A stretch of DNA of 60,501 nt, the filler included. It is 5 parts of 5 records of this genome, joined end to end, with 100 filler letters (N's around TTAATTAATTAA, not from the genome) between each part and the next. Parts side by side here need not be neighbours in the genome. Positions count along the whole stretch, not along the records: positions 55,355 to 60,501 come from DRR723986_64021; 4 more parts are not named here. One strand, written 5' to 3'. This document shows, in pieces, positions 60,388 through 60,501 of the stretch; position 1 is the stretch's first letter; each line of letters begins with the position of its first letter. The position numbers were made by a program, and so were the translations under genes. The notes below the pieces were generated by a model. That model saw nothing but the letters and a program-made list of their open reading frames with translations, had not been told where the DNA came from and made no database searches.

Positions 60388-60501
60388 TTATAGTACGGGA
60401 TTAGCCTCATCACTAGCTTTGTAATTTATTTTGAAGAGTGCCAAGAAGTCATTTACTACGATCTTCGGAACGTAGCGCTTGACACCTTCTTTGTCTTCGT
60501 A
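60388..60501 (-). CDS. ssb: Single-stranded DNA-binding protein, C-terminal fragment (5'-partial)
   Basis: Minus strand reads YEDKEGVKRYVPKIVVNDFLAL...*, matching the SSB Y.DK.G..RY..EIV motif; not in the ORF track. Confidence 0.7.
   Translation of the reverse strand, partial: YEDKEGVKRYVPKIVVNDFLALFKINYKASDEANPVL

Noticed and set aside
55355-60501. Integrase, transposase or reverse transcriptase driving the array
   Set aside because: No such ORF or motif is visible in the window, so a complete integron or DGR cannot be claimed.

Overview
The window is not one locus. It joins five unrelated contig pieces through four identical 100-nt artificial spacers (N44-TTAATTAATTAA-N44), so linkage across spacers means nothing. 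All five pieces look like Bacteroidota or the wider FCB group. (1) 1-21961: alternative complex III (actC-F) with an aa3-type cytochrome oxidase and its assembly genes, then an orphan NtrY-like kinase, a large predicted outer-membrane barrel, an SDR and ispG. (2) 22062-34980: a 12-unit heptamer repeat ahead of dinB, a TPR-PP2C sensor, envelope genes and two large secreted repeat proteins. (3) 35081-49452: an M16 peptidase pair, a T9SS cargo protein, dnaB, and a coupled block of OmpA protein, hypothetical protein and propeller-PP2C sensor. (4) 49553-55254, visibly more GC-rich: a propeller sensor with no signal peptide, a beta-helix T9SS cargo protein, and two paralogous small secreted Cys-rich proteins. 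(5) 55355-60501: short, unrelated, co-oriented genes separated by attC-like hairpin sites, read as an integron-like cassette array that is partly decayed and has no integrase in view, ending at a convergent ssb fragment. The best candidates for novelty are the cassette array and the Cys-rich paralog pair. All product calls come from motifs recognised by eye; no searches were run.
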